From Octopus vulgaris (taxonomy: Eukaryota): 64,000 nucleotides of DNA. Of the stretch, positions 1-14,993 are shown piece by piece (within the stretch, counting starts at the first letter, position 1; the number at the start of each line of letters is the position of its first letter). The stretch lies in the NCBI GenBank assembly GCA_951406725.2, contig OX597818.1:60512001-60576000 (forward strand), written 5' to 3'. Below the pieces are notes generated by a model that worked only from the letters and a program-made list of their open reading frames with translations, was not told where the DNA came from and made no database searches. Made by a program: the position numbers and the translations under genes.

Positions 1-48
1 GAAATCTTTAGAACCAACCAATATGTTAAAAGCGGCTCTCCGAACAGT

Positions 49-625
49 CGATCCGATCAACGGAACAGCATGCTCTTGAAATTAACGTGGAGGTGACTGA
101 GCACTCTACAGACACGCATGCACTTAACACAACTCCCAGGGAGATTCAGTAAGACGCAGAATGTGGCACGTTCTGAGTTCAAATTCCGCCGAGGTCGACT
201 TTGCTTTTCAACCTTTCGGGGTCGATAAATTAAGTACCAGTTACGCACTGGAGTCGATGTAATCGACTTAATCCGTGTGTATGTCCTTGTTTGTCCCCTC
301 TGTGTTTAGCCCCTTGTGGGTAGTAAAGAAATAGGTATTTTGTCTGCCGTTACGTTCTGAGTTCAAATTCCGCCGAGGTCGACTTTGCCTTTCAACCTTT
401 CGGGGTCGATAAATTAAGTACCAGTTACGCACTGGAGTCGATGTAATCGACTTAATCCGTTTGTCTGTCCCTGTTTGACCCATCTATGTTTAGCCCCTTG
501 TGGGTAATAAAGAAAGAGAATGTGGCAAGGCCGATCATTCCAAACACAACTCATTTTTACCAGCTGAGTGGCTTGGAGCATTGTGAAATAAGCGCCATGC
601 CGGGATTTGAACTCAGCGCGCAGCC
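49..625 (-). mobile_element. Degenerate SINE (family A-like 3' end) interrupted by a family B SINE
   Basis: 49-168 is the reverse complement of the family A 3' part seen at 39200-39310. The sequence resumes after the insertion at 517. Confidence 0.6.
169..516 (+). mobile_element. SINE family B dimer (5'-truncated) with 11-bp TSD
   Basis: Two head-to-tail units of GTTCTGAGTTCAAATTCCGCCGAGGTCGACTTTGC...GGGGTCGATAAATTAAGTACCAG. AGAATGTGGCA is duplicated at 158-168 and 517-527. Confidence 0.9.
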
Positions 626-654
626 GTGATTTAATCTTTTATTCTTCTATTCTT

Positions 655-1306
655 TAAATTTTTTCAGTCATTTGACTGCGGCCCTGCTGGAGCACCGCCT
701 TTAGTCGAACAAGTCGGCACAAGGACTTATTCTTTGTAAGCCCAGTATTTATTCCATCGGTGTCTTTCACCGAACCGCCAAGTTACGGGGACGCAAACAC
801 ACCAGCATCGGTTATCAAGCGATGTTGGGGGGGACAAACACATACATACAAACATATATATATATATATATATATATATGAGAAATGCGCAAAGCAATTA
901 CTACCACAATTTTTAATCGTTCCAGTCTACCAATGTGCTATCGGAACACCAACACAAATTAGACTAAACAAGGAAACATTCTTCATTGAAAAATGCAAGT
1001 CCAAACTTAACCATTCCAAAATTCTTATACAGAGAAACTCACTCCAAAAAAAAGGCAAGAAATATTAAGCGATTATCTCCTTTACACCGGAAGAAATCAC
1101 TTATTACCTCCCCATATCTGGAACTCTTCTTCACACTTCTCAACGTAAACATAACGATGAAATAAATTTGAAAAGCTGAACGCGAAACCGGTCATTCCTT
1201 CAAAAACTATGTCATTGTAGGAAAAAAATTTATAACATTCTTCAGTCATAATGACTCAAATATATATTTTTTAATATATATTTGAGTTTTTTCACTTTTT
1301 ACTATT

Positions 1307-1358
<52 letters not shown>

Positions 1359-1512
1359 CGGGCTTCTTTCAGTTTCCGTCTACCAAATACACTCACAAGG
1401 CTTTGGGAGGCTTAAAGTAGAAGACACTTGCCCAAGGTGCCACACAGTGGGAATGAACCCGTAACTATGTGGTTGGTAAGCAAGCTACTTGCCACACAGC
1501 TACTCCTGCGCC
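655..1512 (-). mobile_element. SINE family C split at its internal (TA)n by a Penelope-like fragment
   Basis: 3' half (655-~880) and 5' tRNA-like half (~1355-1512) match the intact copies at 9591-10050 and 49373-49840. Confidence 0.85.
880..1310 (+). mobile_element. Penelope-like element 3' end (GIY-YIG C-terminus plus UTR with decayed HHR)
   Basis: 880-1011 translates EKCAKQLLPQFLIVPVYQCAIGTPTQIRLNKETFFIEKCKSKLN, resembling the PLE endonuclease C-terminal R..KE.FFI....LN motif. GAAACCGGTC (palindromic helix III + GUC) at 1184-1193. Flanked by (TA)n on both sides. Confidence 0.65.
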
Positions 1513-1790
1513 TGAGCGCAATTTGAACACAATGCGCAGCTGGGAAATGAACTCATAACCTTACGATCTTAAGCCGAATACCCTAACCACTAGGCCACGC
1601 GCTTTTACAAATATATTTTCTTTTCTTTTACCGTTAAAATATTCTGTTTATGAGAATATTATGGGTTCGATATCACCATGTATTACGTGGGGTGTGTTCT
1701 ACCACATCCATGAGTCGAGGAAAGCCTCATTGGTGGAATTTGGTAAACGGACATTGCATTCTACGCCATCGTGGGATTGTTCTTGTAATT

Positions 1791-2190
1791 TTTTCTCTTT
1801 TACTTGTTCCAGTTATTAGACTGCGGTCATGCTGGGGCACCGCCTTGAAGAATTTTTAGTAGAATGAATCCACCCCAGTATTTATTTCGTTAAAAACTTG
1901 GTACTTATTCTATCGGTCTGCTAAGTTACGGAGATATAAACACACCAACACCGGTTGTCAAGTACTGGTGGTGAACAAACCCAGACATAAATATATATAT
2001 ACACGCACTCCGCACACACATATACACACACGATGGGCTTCTTTTAGTTTCTGTCCAAATCCACTCACAAGGCTCTGGTCGACTCGTGGCTATAGCAGGA
2101 TACATTTCCCCGAGGTGTTAGGCAGTGGGACTGAACCCGAAAATGCGTGACTGAGAAACCAGTTTCTTATCACACAGCCTTGCCTGCGCC
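1791..2190 (-). mobile_element. SINE family C, diverged
   Basis: Colinear with 9591-10050 along its whole length. Confidence 0.8.
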
Positions 2191-3256
2191 TATAATGCTA
2201 ATAGACTTAAAACTTTACTCTGTTTAACACAACCGTCTTGCCCTTGGATGCCTTTTGGAAGAATCCAATCTTCTGCAAGCATTCAGGCCAGATTTCCGGT
2301 CTGAGAATAACTTCCTGTTTTCATCCACCAAACACGGAAGTCCATAAAATGAAACATGATCGCTGCTCCTTCATCTCTGGCGAAGCCATTAAAAAAATGT
2401 TCGATTTTCTCGTCAACAAAAGGTTATTTCCGGTGATAGACATCATTATATTATTCTGGCACAAGTCGTTTTTGCAGTGGACTCTGGTATTTATCTATGA
2501 TAGTTAAGTGGATAAACTGAAGTAATGTAGAATTAACTACCCTCCAGCGAATATGAACCCACATTACAGCATGAACCAGTGATACATTACCTTAAAATAG
2601 AAACAAACAGTAAAAAATGTTTGTGGTATTTGACTAAAATCAGGCAAATCTTCAATTAGAAACTGCAGCAGACATTTTACATCACTGTACCCAGTACAAC
2701 GTCGGCAGAAGAAAATCAATGATTATTTGGAGGAAGGAAAAATAAACTGTAGTATATTATTAATAAATACATTCCTTGCTTTGTTTGCAGGGAACTGAGT
2801 AACAGTTCCCATTATAATTTTATATATGTATATCAACACAAATTTATGCGTGCGTCCATTGTTAAAGATATATCGTTAAAATCACTGTTGCTGTTGGTTA
2901 ACCAACTCCACATCATTATAGGTCAGTCACTTAATCACTGGATGCCTGGTCTTTTCTCAGCCATGTCATATTTAGGACACCATTAGTGCTTTCAATTCAT
3001 TTTTTAAAGATTCTTGGTTTATTTTAAACATCACGGCTAAGATAATCTTAGATTCCTTCATTTACGACCATTGCGATGTTTTCTCATTGACCTGTTCGTC
3101 TGTAGTTTAAAGGTCTGGGTCTGTCTCTTACCCAAACCACGCAGCCCGCAACGATTGAGACAAAAGAGAGAAAGTGGGGGAGACAGAAAGGAAGAAAAAA
3201 AAAGAAAGAAACAAAGAAAGAAAGAATGAAAGAAAGGAAGGAAAGAAAGAATAAAT

Positions 3257-3670
3257 TCCTTTACTGTCTACAAGGGGCTAAACATAGAAGAGACAAACAA
3301 GGACAGACAAAGGGATTAAGTCGATTACATCGACCCCAGTGCGAAACTGGTACTTAATTTATCGACCCCGAAAGGATAAAAGGCAAAGTCGACCTCGGCG
3401 GAATTTGAACTCAGAACGTAGAAGCAGACGAAATACCTATTTCTTTACTACCCTCAAGGGGCTAAGCACAGAGGGGATAAACAAGGACAGGCAAAGGGAT
3501 TAAGTCGATTACATCGACCCCAGTGCGAAACTGGTACTTAATTTATCGACCCCGAAAGGATAAAAGGCAAAGTCGACCTCGGCGGAATTTTAACTCAGAA
3601 CGTAACGACAGACGAAATACGGCTACGCATTTCGCCCGGCGCGCTAACGTCTCTGCCAGCTCGCCGCCTT
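3257..3670 (-). mobile_element. SINE family B, head plus two units, 19-bp TSD
   Basis: AAGGAAAGAAAGAATAAAT at 3238-3256 and 3671-3689. Head GGCGGCGAGCTGGCAGAGACGTTAGCGCG on the minus strand. Confidence 0.9.
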
Positions 3671-3999
3671 AAGGAAAGAAAGAATAAATCCACTGTCCAG
3701 AAGCTATGTTTTATTCCAATGAATTCTTGAAATATTTCGGATCAATTAAGACAGACCATCTGTGCCATTGAAAAACAGAGTTTCACATCCACAGATGTTT
3801 TCTACTTCTCTAAATGCTACAAACGCTACAATTAATTATACTTGACAGCATTTCACAATCTCGCTCTGTTTTATACAATGGATGTTCGGTCGTTCTCGAA
3901 TATTCTACATCTCCACAGATAATTCCTTTAAAAAAAACAACAACAACAACAATAAATAGAAACAAACAAACAAAAAAGAAAGATGTAATAAATAAAGCA

Positions 4000-4190
4000 C
4001 TCTTTAAATCGCATTTTCGGTCTATGACTTGGCATTCGGTTGCCGGAAATCTCGCAATATATCAACCTTTTCGGAATTCTGCTGTCATCCATTCTGATTA
4101 CATGGCCACTCCATCGTTGGCGACCTGTCATCATTAGTGATTCTAAACTTTGACAGTTTGGCTGTTTCACAATGTCTCTGTAACTGACAT
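4000..4190 (-). mobile_element. RTE-clade LINE ORF C-terminal fragment
   Basis: Translates SLESLMMTGRQRWSGHVIRMDDSRIPKRLIYCEISGNRMPSHRPKMRFKE, the typical post-RT RW.GHV.RM...R.PK motif of RTE LINEs. Confidence 0.85.
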
Positions 4191-4297
4191 AAAACTCGCT
4201 GTTAAACACTAAGTCGAAGCTTACGCCTTCATCACAAAAACCGCACGCGGACACACAGACATCCATTGACGTATAGACAGAAGAAACACAAGCAATA

Positions 4298-4357
<60 letters not shown>

Positions 4358-4682
4358 TACGTTCATAGGTGCGTACATAACTAGAGATACGTATACAGAT
4401 GCTTATATACTTATATGTGTATGTGTACCGGTATGTGTGTGTCAGTGTGTCCGTGTGTGTGTGCATATATGTTGTATACTAACAACACAGCAAGAGCAAT
4501 GTATGTGTGGAAATATGTGCATGTGTTTGTGTATGACAACCGTCTGTGTGTATGCATAGACATACGTGTGAGAGTGTGTATATATGTATACGTATAAATG
4601 TATGTAAATGCATGTATGTATATATATATATGTGTGTGTGTGTGTGTATGGGTATCTGTGCGCGTATATATATAGACATAGG

Positions 4683-4732
<50 letters not shown>

Positions 4733-4942
4733 CGAAAGAGAGAGACAGAAGACAGACAGAGAACATTTGTTGTGTACATTCACACTATTGTATAAACTAC
4801 TAAAGGCGATGCTCCAGCCTGACCTTAAATGTAATGTTTAAAAGAAAAGACCAGATATGTGTGTTTACATCTGTGTGTGTGTGTGTGTATTTCATAGATA
4901 TATGCATGCATATGTGTATATATACATATACATGTATGCGTG

Positions 4943-4990
<48 letters not shown>

Positions 4991-5361
4991 ATGTATATAT
5001 TTATTATATATATATATGTATATATATTTATATATATTATATATATGTATGCATGTTATATATGTATATATATACATACATGGATACATATATGTGTGTG
5101 TGTGAAATTAAGCACACACATGCATACATATATGTGTGTGTATACATATATGTGTATATATGTGTGTGCATGTGTGTGTAAATATATCCTCATACATATA
5201 CATGCACAGAAATATGTATGTCACGTGTGCGTTAATGCATTTGTGTAAATATGAGTGTGTGTGTGTGTGTGTGTTTGTGTGTGCGTGTGTATAAAAGCGC
5301 ACACGCTTGTATGTACACAAACACAAACGCACACACACACACACACACTCATCCAAACACT

Positions 5362-5397
<36 letters not shown>

Positions 5398-5443
5398 CTC
5401 GTCCAAACACTCATTCACACACACAAACACTCGTCCAAACACT

Positions 5444-5481
<38 letters not shown>

Positions 5482-5600
5482 CTCGTCCAAGCACTAATTC
5501 ACACACACACACACACACACACAAACACTCGTCCAAGCACTAATTCACACACACACACACACACACTCATCCAAACACTCATTCACACACATACACACAG
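4298..5600. repeat. Compound (CA)n/(TA)n/(TG)n microsatellite field with a CA-derived minisatellite
   Basis: Direct inspection. CAAACACTCGTCCAAACACTCATTC units recur at 5345-5590. Confidence 0.95.
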
Positions 5601-5710
5601 ACGTTACAAAATAAAAGTGGCAACACAAGTTGTGTGTGTAAGTTTGTGTGATTTGCTTAAGAAAAGATGGCGATCGAGGAACGGTGAATTAAATTACTTT
5701 GAATCAGCGA

Positions 5711-5995
5711 CTAAATCTGCATCGATCTGGTATTTGAGAGAGTTATCAAGGAATGGTATTTACGTTGGATGCTTATAAACTTTATATTCAACAAGATTCT
5801 CAGATTATGCCATTCGCTTCTCTCTGCTCTTTCTCTCTCCAAATCATTTACGTTCTCTAAGCTATGGCGGATTTCTAATTTACTGACCGAAATGTTGTTG
5901 TTGTGGTTGGTGCTGCTGCAGTTGTTGTGGTTGGTGCTGCTGCAGTTGTTGTGGTCGGTGCTGCTGCAGTTGTTGTTTATCGCCAGATCAGTCAT
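5711..5995 (-). other. Candidate coding exon (unverified) containing a 3x24-bp repeat
   Basis: ATG in AATCATGA context. In-frame 24-bp repeats (NNCSSTNH) are followed by the non-repetitive ISVSKLEIRHSLENVNDLERERAERSEWHNLRILLN. No recognised homology. Confidence 0.2.
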
Positions 5996-6138
5996 GATTG
6001 AGCAGAACCGTAGTTAAATGCGTTCTATGGATATCCCTCTATTATTTTCCCAGCCTCGTGTAACCTGGTTACACTAGGGTGTGATTATTTGGGGGCAGGT
6101 TCGGCTTTTGTTTCTTACAAGTCATGCGGCCACTTAAA

Positions 6139-6184
<46 letters not shown>

Positions 6185-6314
6185 TTCTCTTTTATTTTCT
6201 CCTTGGCGTTGCATAATATATATATATTTTCTAATAATTTCCGTTCATTATTGAATGCGTGGTTTACTGCGTCGGTGAAAAAACTATTAAACGGAAATGT
6301 AATTAAATGCATTC

Positions 6315-7205
<891 letters not shown>

Positions 7206-8000
7206 AGGGCACATTATAAGTGACGAATGCTTTGTTAGTTTCCTACACAAGTTGACTTACATATATCATTGCCTTTAGCATTGTTTCAATGCCTCGCGTG
7301 TTTGTAGTATACACAGTAGTTTCTAGTATAATGAACAACCAAAATGTCGGAATTAAGGATCTTGTTCCGTGCCTCATATTTCTGAGTTTGTGCCGTTGGT
7401 GTCACACTACGTTCCAAGACAAGCTATTGTACGCTGTTTCCTTTCAATTACCTGAGAGCTAATGGTGACGGTTTCAGACGACTTTCCGGTGTAATAAATG
7501 GCTTCTTTGAGATATTTATCATACTGGAATGAAGCGATTGATTGATATCTTTAGGTGATAACATTCTTCGATAAAACTGGTCAAAACTGTGAAGGTAAAA
7601 CTAAGGGCGATTGTAATTAGAATTAGAATTCCAAAGAAAATTCCTGGTTACTTTTGAAGGTATTACTCACAATCATGAAAAATTGTCTTCAAATATCAAT
7701 TAAATGTGTCTCGACGCTTGAGACAAACTCTGATCAGATTTCCTTCAAAATCAATCAAGACTTTCTTATTTGAATCTAGACAGTAATGATTTATCTGGAT
7801 CAATGTATCGATTAAATGATGATCAAGAGTAAATATCTAAGCTGTTATAGTAAGGTAAGAATCTCCAGCCATAATTATTACTTTTCATTTTTGGTTCAGT
7901 TATTTCGCATTCGCTTCTTCGTGTGTCTACCATTTTCAGTTAAAGTTTGGAGTATCGAGAGAGAGATATCTCCTGCCCTGCACATTTTGCCATTGATGCA

Positions 8001-8310
8001 CATCATGAATTTGAAATCTTCCTGGTTGCTCCTGTTTTAACTCCAGGCTTGATCAAGTACGACTATAATGAAAGAATTTTCCACCCATGACATCTCCGCT
8101 TTTATTCATGTGGTAAACGGAAACTCACTACGGGATGAGTGAGCGGCAGGAGACTCTCATCCTGAATTTGAAATCTTCCTGGTTGCTCTTGTTTTAACTC
8201 CAGGCTTGATCAAGTACGACTATAATGAAAGAATTTTCCACCCATGACATCTCCGCTTTTATTCATGTGGTAAACGGTAACTCACTACAAGGCAAGTGGG
8301 TGGCAGGAGA
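8001..8310. repeat. Tandem duplication, 157-bp period
   Basis: GAATTTGAAATCTTCCTGGTTGCTC...AACTCACTA is repeated near-identically. Confidence 0.9.
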
Positions 8311-8650
8311 AATCTTCAAAGGAAGCAGCAAGTTCCTGATAATCTAAGGATTCTGGGCCCACTTAGGTCATGACTCCTAAGTGTCCTCTTACAACCTTTG
8401 AAATGCCAGCTTTGGTGAGGATTGAAATCGTAACCATCGGATGATCTCATTTCACTGAAATGTGGTGTATATCGCTCAAAATTACTTTATCTAATGCGGA
8501 CCTCCTTTTGTGAAGCGGTAGGCTGTGATATAAATAGATTTGGCTACTATATCTATCATGATGAGACATCGCTTAAAACTTTTTCACTGGTTCTTTGTTG
8601 TTAAGCCTTGGTCTGCTCTAACTGATCCAACATATAACACATTCAAGACT

Positions 8651-8698
8651 ACATGGTTCCGGGTTCAGTCCCACTGCGTTGCACCTTGAGCAAGTGTC

Positions 8699-8743
<45 letters not shown>

Positions 8744-8925
8744 CAAATACATATATATACAAGACGGGCTTCTTTCAGTTTCCGTCTACCAAATCTACTC
8801 ACAAAGCTTTGGTCGGCCCGAGGCGATAGTTGAAGACACTTGCCCGAAGTGCCACGCACTGGGACCGAACGCGGAACCATGTGGTTGGTAAGCAAGCTAC
8901 TTACCACATAGCCACTCCGGCGCCT
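8651..8925. mobile_element. Rearranged SINE family C (inverted head fragments around (TA)n)
   Basis: + fragment at 8651-8698 and - fragment at 8762-8925 of the same head. Confidence 0.8.
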
Positions 8926-9030
8926 ACATATATATATATATATATATATATTTACACATGCGCATAAAATTTGTATATATGTATATGTGTGTATACAAAA
9001 GAGAGACAGAGGGAGAGATAGAGAGGGGGA

Positions 9031-9069
<39 letters not shown>

Positions 9070-9502
9070 CTACAGATCTGTTTAGAGTTATGAACATGTC
9101 CTAATGAGCTATAGGATTACCTAACTTTCGTTTCAGAGACAATGGCATTATGCAAACGTTGAACTTCCCCAATTATTGGTCCTGTCATAACAACCAGTTC
9201 AACAACAGTAATTTATGCACGGACCTGTATTCTATTGGCTATAATTATGGAACCACGGAATAGTAAGTACTGTTTATTGCTGTAGGCAACAAAACACTGT
9301 GAAATTAATGGGTGCTTCATTAACTGACAGTGCTAAGTTCAACAACTTCCTGGGGCTACGTACGTGTTGAGTAACGACAGTCCTTGAACAAATCGGTGTT
9401 TTTCGTGACAAACAACGTGCGAATATCAAAATAACACTTTAAAATGCCGTCTCTATAACCGGGAAGATTATGGACACACTCGTCCAAACACAAACACTGA
9501 TA

Positions 9503-9822
9503 CGATAATCCCTCGACTATCACAGGTGCTACGTTCCAAACCCCACCCCGCGATAGGGGAAAATCCGCGAAGTAGAAACAGTACTGTACTCTCTTTTCTC
9601 TCTTTTACTCTTTTACTTGTTTCAGTCATTTGACTGCGGCCATGCTGGAGCACCGCCTTTAATCGAGCAACTCGACCCCGGCACTTATTCTTTGTAAGCC
9701 CAGTACTTATTCTATCGGTCTCTTTTGCCGAACCGCTGAGTGACGGGGACGTAAACACACCAGCATCAGTTGTCAAGCAATGCTAGGGGGACAAACACAG
9801 ACACACAAACACACACACACAT

Positions 9823-9877
<55 letters not shown>

Positions 9878-10448
9878 TATATACGACAGGCTTCTTTCAG
9901 TTTCCGTCTACCAAATCCACTCACAAGGCATTGGTCAGCCCGGGGCTATAGCAGAAGACACTTGCCCAAGATGCCACGCAGTGGGACTGAACCCGGAAAC
10001 ATGTGGTTGGTTAGCAAGCTACTTACCACACAGCCACTCCTGCGCCTATATATTTGTACTGTACTGTATATTTTTTAAATATTTTTATAATTTGTATATA
10101 TTTATTTTATTATAAATGCAAAACATCACCGCGCACTCGCCTCCCGAGTTTCGTTTTCCATACAGCATCAGCGATTCTTTGTTTACTCACCTAAGGTACA
10201 CTATGTATTTTCTTTTAGTATATTTTATTTAATATATTTTATTTACCAATTTATTAATTTTTAGGCGTGAAAATGTTTATTTTACCACAGAAATAATTAA
10301 AATCTAAAAAGAATATAACTTCCCATCGGCCGCAGAAACCCGCTATATAGTGAAGACTCGGCGATATAGATTCACATATATTAGCCAGAAAAATCCGCGA
10401 TGTACTGATGGCGCGATACGTGAACCGCGATATGGCAAGTGATTACTG
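9503..10448. mobile_element. Tigger/pogo-like MITE interrupted by a SINE
   Basis: Left end TA-CGATAATCCCTCGACTATC and right end CGATATGGCAAGTGATTACTG-TA (degenerate CAGTAATCCCTCG TIR, TA TSD). Subterminal AAATCCGCGA repeats. Confidence 0.7.
9591..10050 (-). mobile_element. SINE family C, full length, 10-bp TSD
   Basis: A/B-box-like head (GTGGCTGTGTGG, GGTTCAGTCC), internal (TA)n(TG)n and a TAAAAGAG-repeat tail. GTACTGTACT at 9581-9590 and 10056-10065. Confidence 0.9.
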
Positions 10449-10459
10449 TATTGGATTAG

Positions 10460-11148
10460 ATTCAACTTTTGGCACAAGGCTAGCAGGTTCTGGAGAAGGG
10501 CTAAGTTGATTACATTGGCCTCGGTGCTCAGCTGGTTCTTATTTTGTCGTGTCCGAAAGGATGAAAAGAAAAGTCGACCCAGCCGATATCTCAACTCAAG
10601 GTGTAAAAACAGATGAAACGCCGGTTAAGAATTTTTCCCGGCTTTCTAACGATTCTGCCAACTCGCTGCCAAATAAAATATTGGTTTCGAACTTTTGGCA
10701 CAAGGCCAGTAATTTTGTGCTGGGGGAGTTGACGCCATTACACCGTCTCCAGTACTCAAAAGTTATTTATTTCATCAACCTCCATTTGACGAAACGCAAA
10801 GTCAATCTCTAGTGAACTTAATAGACGGAACGCCTGGTATTTCTACTCTGACACCGATTGGGCGAAAAGCAGTTCGTCTTGGCAGGATTTGAACTCGCAA
10901 AACAAAGATATGTAACAAGGTAGTTAAGCATGTTGCCCGGCGTGCAATCGATCCTGCCAACTCGCACAAATAATGATTTCAAATTTTGGCACAAGGCCAG
11001 CAATTTCGGCGGGGTTTGGGTAAGTCGATTGTATCGATCCCCAATACTCCACTGGATGAACGACAAAGTCGATTTCAGCGGAATTTGAATTCAGAACGTG
11101 CAAACGAACGAAATGTCACTATCCACTCCGTTGATGTCACTCGCCTCC

Positions 11149-11150
<2 letters not shown>
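10460..11150 (-). mobile_element. Cluster of old family B SINE copies
   Basis: Three repeats of TTTTGGCACAAGGC with GATTCTGCCAACTCGC-type heads and GAATTTGAACTC-type B boxes. Confidence 0.65.
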
Positions 11151-11188
<38 letters not shown>

Positions 11189-11204
11189 TATACATTTCTA
11201 TATT

Positions 11205-11370
11205 TAAGTGATGAAAAATTATGTACATTATTTACATTTGACGGATATTTGTCTTCATCTTGTTTGTTCTTAACACAACGTTTCGGCTAATATACCCTCC
11301 AGCCTTCATCAGGTGTCTTGGAGAAATTTCGAACCTAGATTCCCATTCCTAAGGTATTTTTCGATGCTAT
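11205..11370 (-). mobile_element. HHR-bearing short element, family H2
   Basis: A second, 5'-truncated copy is on + at 13451-13540. Abuts (ATT)n. Confidence 0.7.
11272..11317 (-). ncRNA. Minimal type-I hammerhead ribozyme motif
   Basis: GACAC-CTGATGA-A-GGCTG(GAGGGTATAT)TAGCC-GAA-ACGT-T-GTGTT: intact core, helices I and II pair, palindromic helix III. Confidence 0.8.
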
Positions 11371-11384
11371 TATTATTATTATTA

Positions 11385-11449
<65 letters not shown>

Positions 11450-11461
11450 ATTATTATTATA

Positions 11462-11995
11462 GAGTGAGAGAGCAGTGCATGCAATCAAAGTGACACTGGG
11501 GTAAAATATACGAAGCCCAGTATACCCATCATGACTAACCGTCTGATAAGGGTACACCAGGCACATGCATCATAACCAAATGTGGGCGACATGGTGATCT
11601 CATATCAAGATAAACAGCACATGACCTTGCAGGTGGGGCCCAGTTAGAATTTTCTTCAGGTCGAGTAACCTATCCCGCTCAAAAGGGCCCTGAATAACGG
11701 TTGTTTAAGGATGTTGAAAGAAACACCCATGTTTCCACAGGTGAATTATTCAAACCCCAAAGAATCTCTCTTAACACATGGCTGTGATGCTCCCCCACAA
11801 CTTCTGTTCGTGATCAGAGATGTACATATCGTCAGCCACTAAGGGGCATGCTCAACTGGTTAAGGTCAAACAACTGTGGTATTAGGCAGAGTATTTGCTG
11901 TAGCCCAGCTTTTATACCAAGACAAAACAATGTACATGATAACACTTCCAATCAGTTAAGATCACGAGCCACGAGAGCCACTGCCTGGTACTTCA
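11462..11995 (-). mobile_element. ~540-bp (AAT)n-embedded element, family E
   Basis: Near-identical copy on + at 59221-59763 and a partial copy at 56621-57022. All lie in or next to (AAT)n. No tRNA head seen. Confidence 0.85.
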
Positions 11996-12004
11996 TCAAT
12001 AATA

Positions 12005-12068
<64 letters not shown>

Positions 12069-12072
12069 CCAA

Positions 12073-12120
<48 letters not shown>

Positions 12121-12142
12121 GATTATTATTATTATTATTATT

Positions 12143-13042
<900 letters not shown>

Positions 13043-13067
13043 ATTATTATTATTATTATTATTATTA

Positions 13068-13135
<68 letters not shown>

Positions 13136-13136
<1 letters not shown>

Positions 13137-13400
13137 TATGTTTGACTTTTGCTTTATGTCTGTACAAGTTGGCTCCAAGTCTCACCCAGAGACCTCAAGA
13201 GACAACAGGTTGGAAGTTCTGTGCCATATATTTGGTTTTTTTGTTTTTTTTTGTTTTTTTTGTACTAGTGAATGTCTAATACATCAGAAAAATAATAAAT
13301 AGATAAAAAAAAATAAAAATAAGTTTGTTTTAAACCTTGGGATTACATAGAGAGTATTTTGCGTAGGATATGAGCAGTTCCCATGAGCACTATCTTTTGA

Positions 13401-13402
<2 letters not shown>
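13136..13402 (-). mobile_element. 3' end of a second R4/Dong-type LINE family
   Basis: 13343-13402 encodes IQKIVLMGTAHILRKILSM*. The UTR resembles 57264-57425. Flanked by (TAA)n. Confidence 0.85.
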
Positions 13403-13447
<45 letters not shown>

Positions 13448-13450
13448 TCA

Positions 13451-13540
13451 GATTGGAGGGTATATATCAGTCGAAACGTTGTGTCAACAGCAAGCAAAGA
13501 TGAGGACAAATATCCGTCAAATGGAAATAATGTAAATAAC
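13451..13540 (+). mobile_element. 5'-truncated copy of HHR family H2
   Basis: GGAGGGTATA..GTCGAAACGTTGTGTC..GACAAATATCCGTCAAATG matches the reverse complement of 11215-11302. It lacks CTGATGA. Confidence 0.7.
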
Positions 13541-13890
13541 GTTATCCATTATGTTGTATGGAATTACTACGTTAGCCACACTATAATGACTTATCTCTGT
13601 ATATCTATTGCGTCTTATATTCTGCTTTTGATTATAGTCATCAGCATTGCTGTTGTCTACAAACAGCGGCTGTTTACGATTGGAAGATCTGATTGTTCAA
13701 ACAAATCGTTAGAGTATGGTGCTCGTCTGTATGAATCATGTCAAGGAAGTATTAAATTGCGGTTATAATTAATAAATACTTAATTGGATGTAAAAATAAA
13801 CGCAGACAAAAGCACATACGAGCACACACACACAAACACAGCTTCTCCTTCTCTCTTTCTTTTTCTATCTCTTCGTGTGTGTATTGTTTG

Positions 13891-13927
<37 letters not shown>

Positions 13928-13985
13928 ATACATATATATTTATATAATATATCATATACTTATTACACACACACACACATATATA

Positions 13986-14016
<31 letters not shown>

Positions 14017-14085
14017 AATACATATTTATATAAATATATGCATATACTTGTATGTATACACACACACACACATATATATATATAC

Positions 14086-14126
<41 letters not shown>

Positions 14127-14815
14127 GTGTATATATATATATATTAATACATATTTATATAAATATATGCATATACTTATATAAATATATGCATATATAA
14201 ATATATGCATATACTTGTATGTATACACACACACACACACACGTATATATACGTTAAATAGTCATATACACATGAATTATAGAAGATATATATATGTGTG
14301 AGTGTATGTATGTGTGTTTGCGTTTGTATATATATGCATATATAAATGCATAGACATACATTTATACATACACAGACACACATATGTACATACATATAGG
14401 TGTGTGTGTGTGTGTGTGTGTGTGTGGTCGTTGTGTACACGTATATTTATGCAGATTGATGTTAATTGATAATAAATAGATAATTAAATTAAATTTATTG
14501 TTCGAGAAACTAAGCTCTACAATGGTGAATACATGTGTATATTTTTCAACAAAGGAAGACGTGTTGATACAAAGAGTAATCATATAACAAGACAAATAAA
14601 AAGATTGTGAGAAGACCAAACAAATACACAGTTACAAATACACGGCCATATTCAGCTACTGTTTTCGGTATTCAGATAGAGACTGAATACTAGTTTAAGC
14701 ATATATAGGCCAGACAAACACGTTTCTGCATAGAAACACATCACAGACGCACGGAGGAGAGAACACTCACACTTAAATAATGTTAATGTTTAAGAGTCAT
14801 AACACAAACACACAC

Positions 14816-14904
<89 letters not shown>

Positions 14905-14929
14905 CATCTATCTATCTGTCTATATATAT

Positions 14930-14986
<57 letters not shown>

Positions 14987-14993
14987 TATATGT

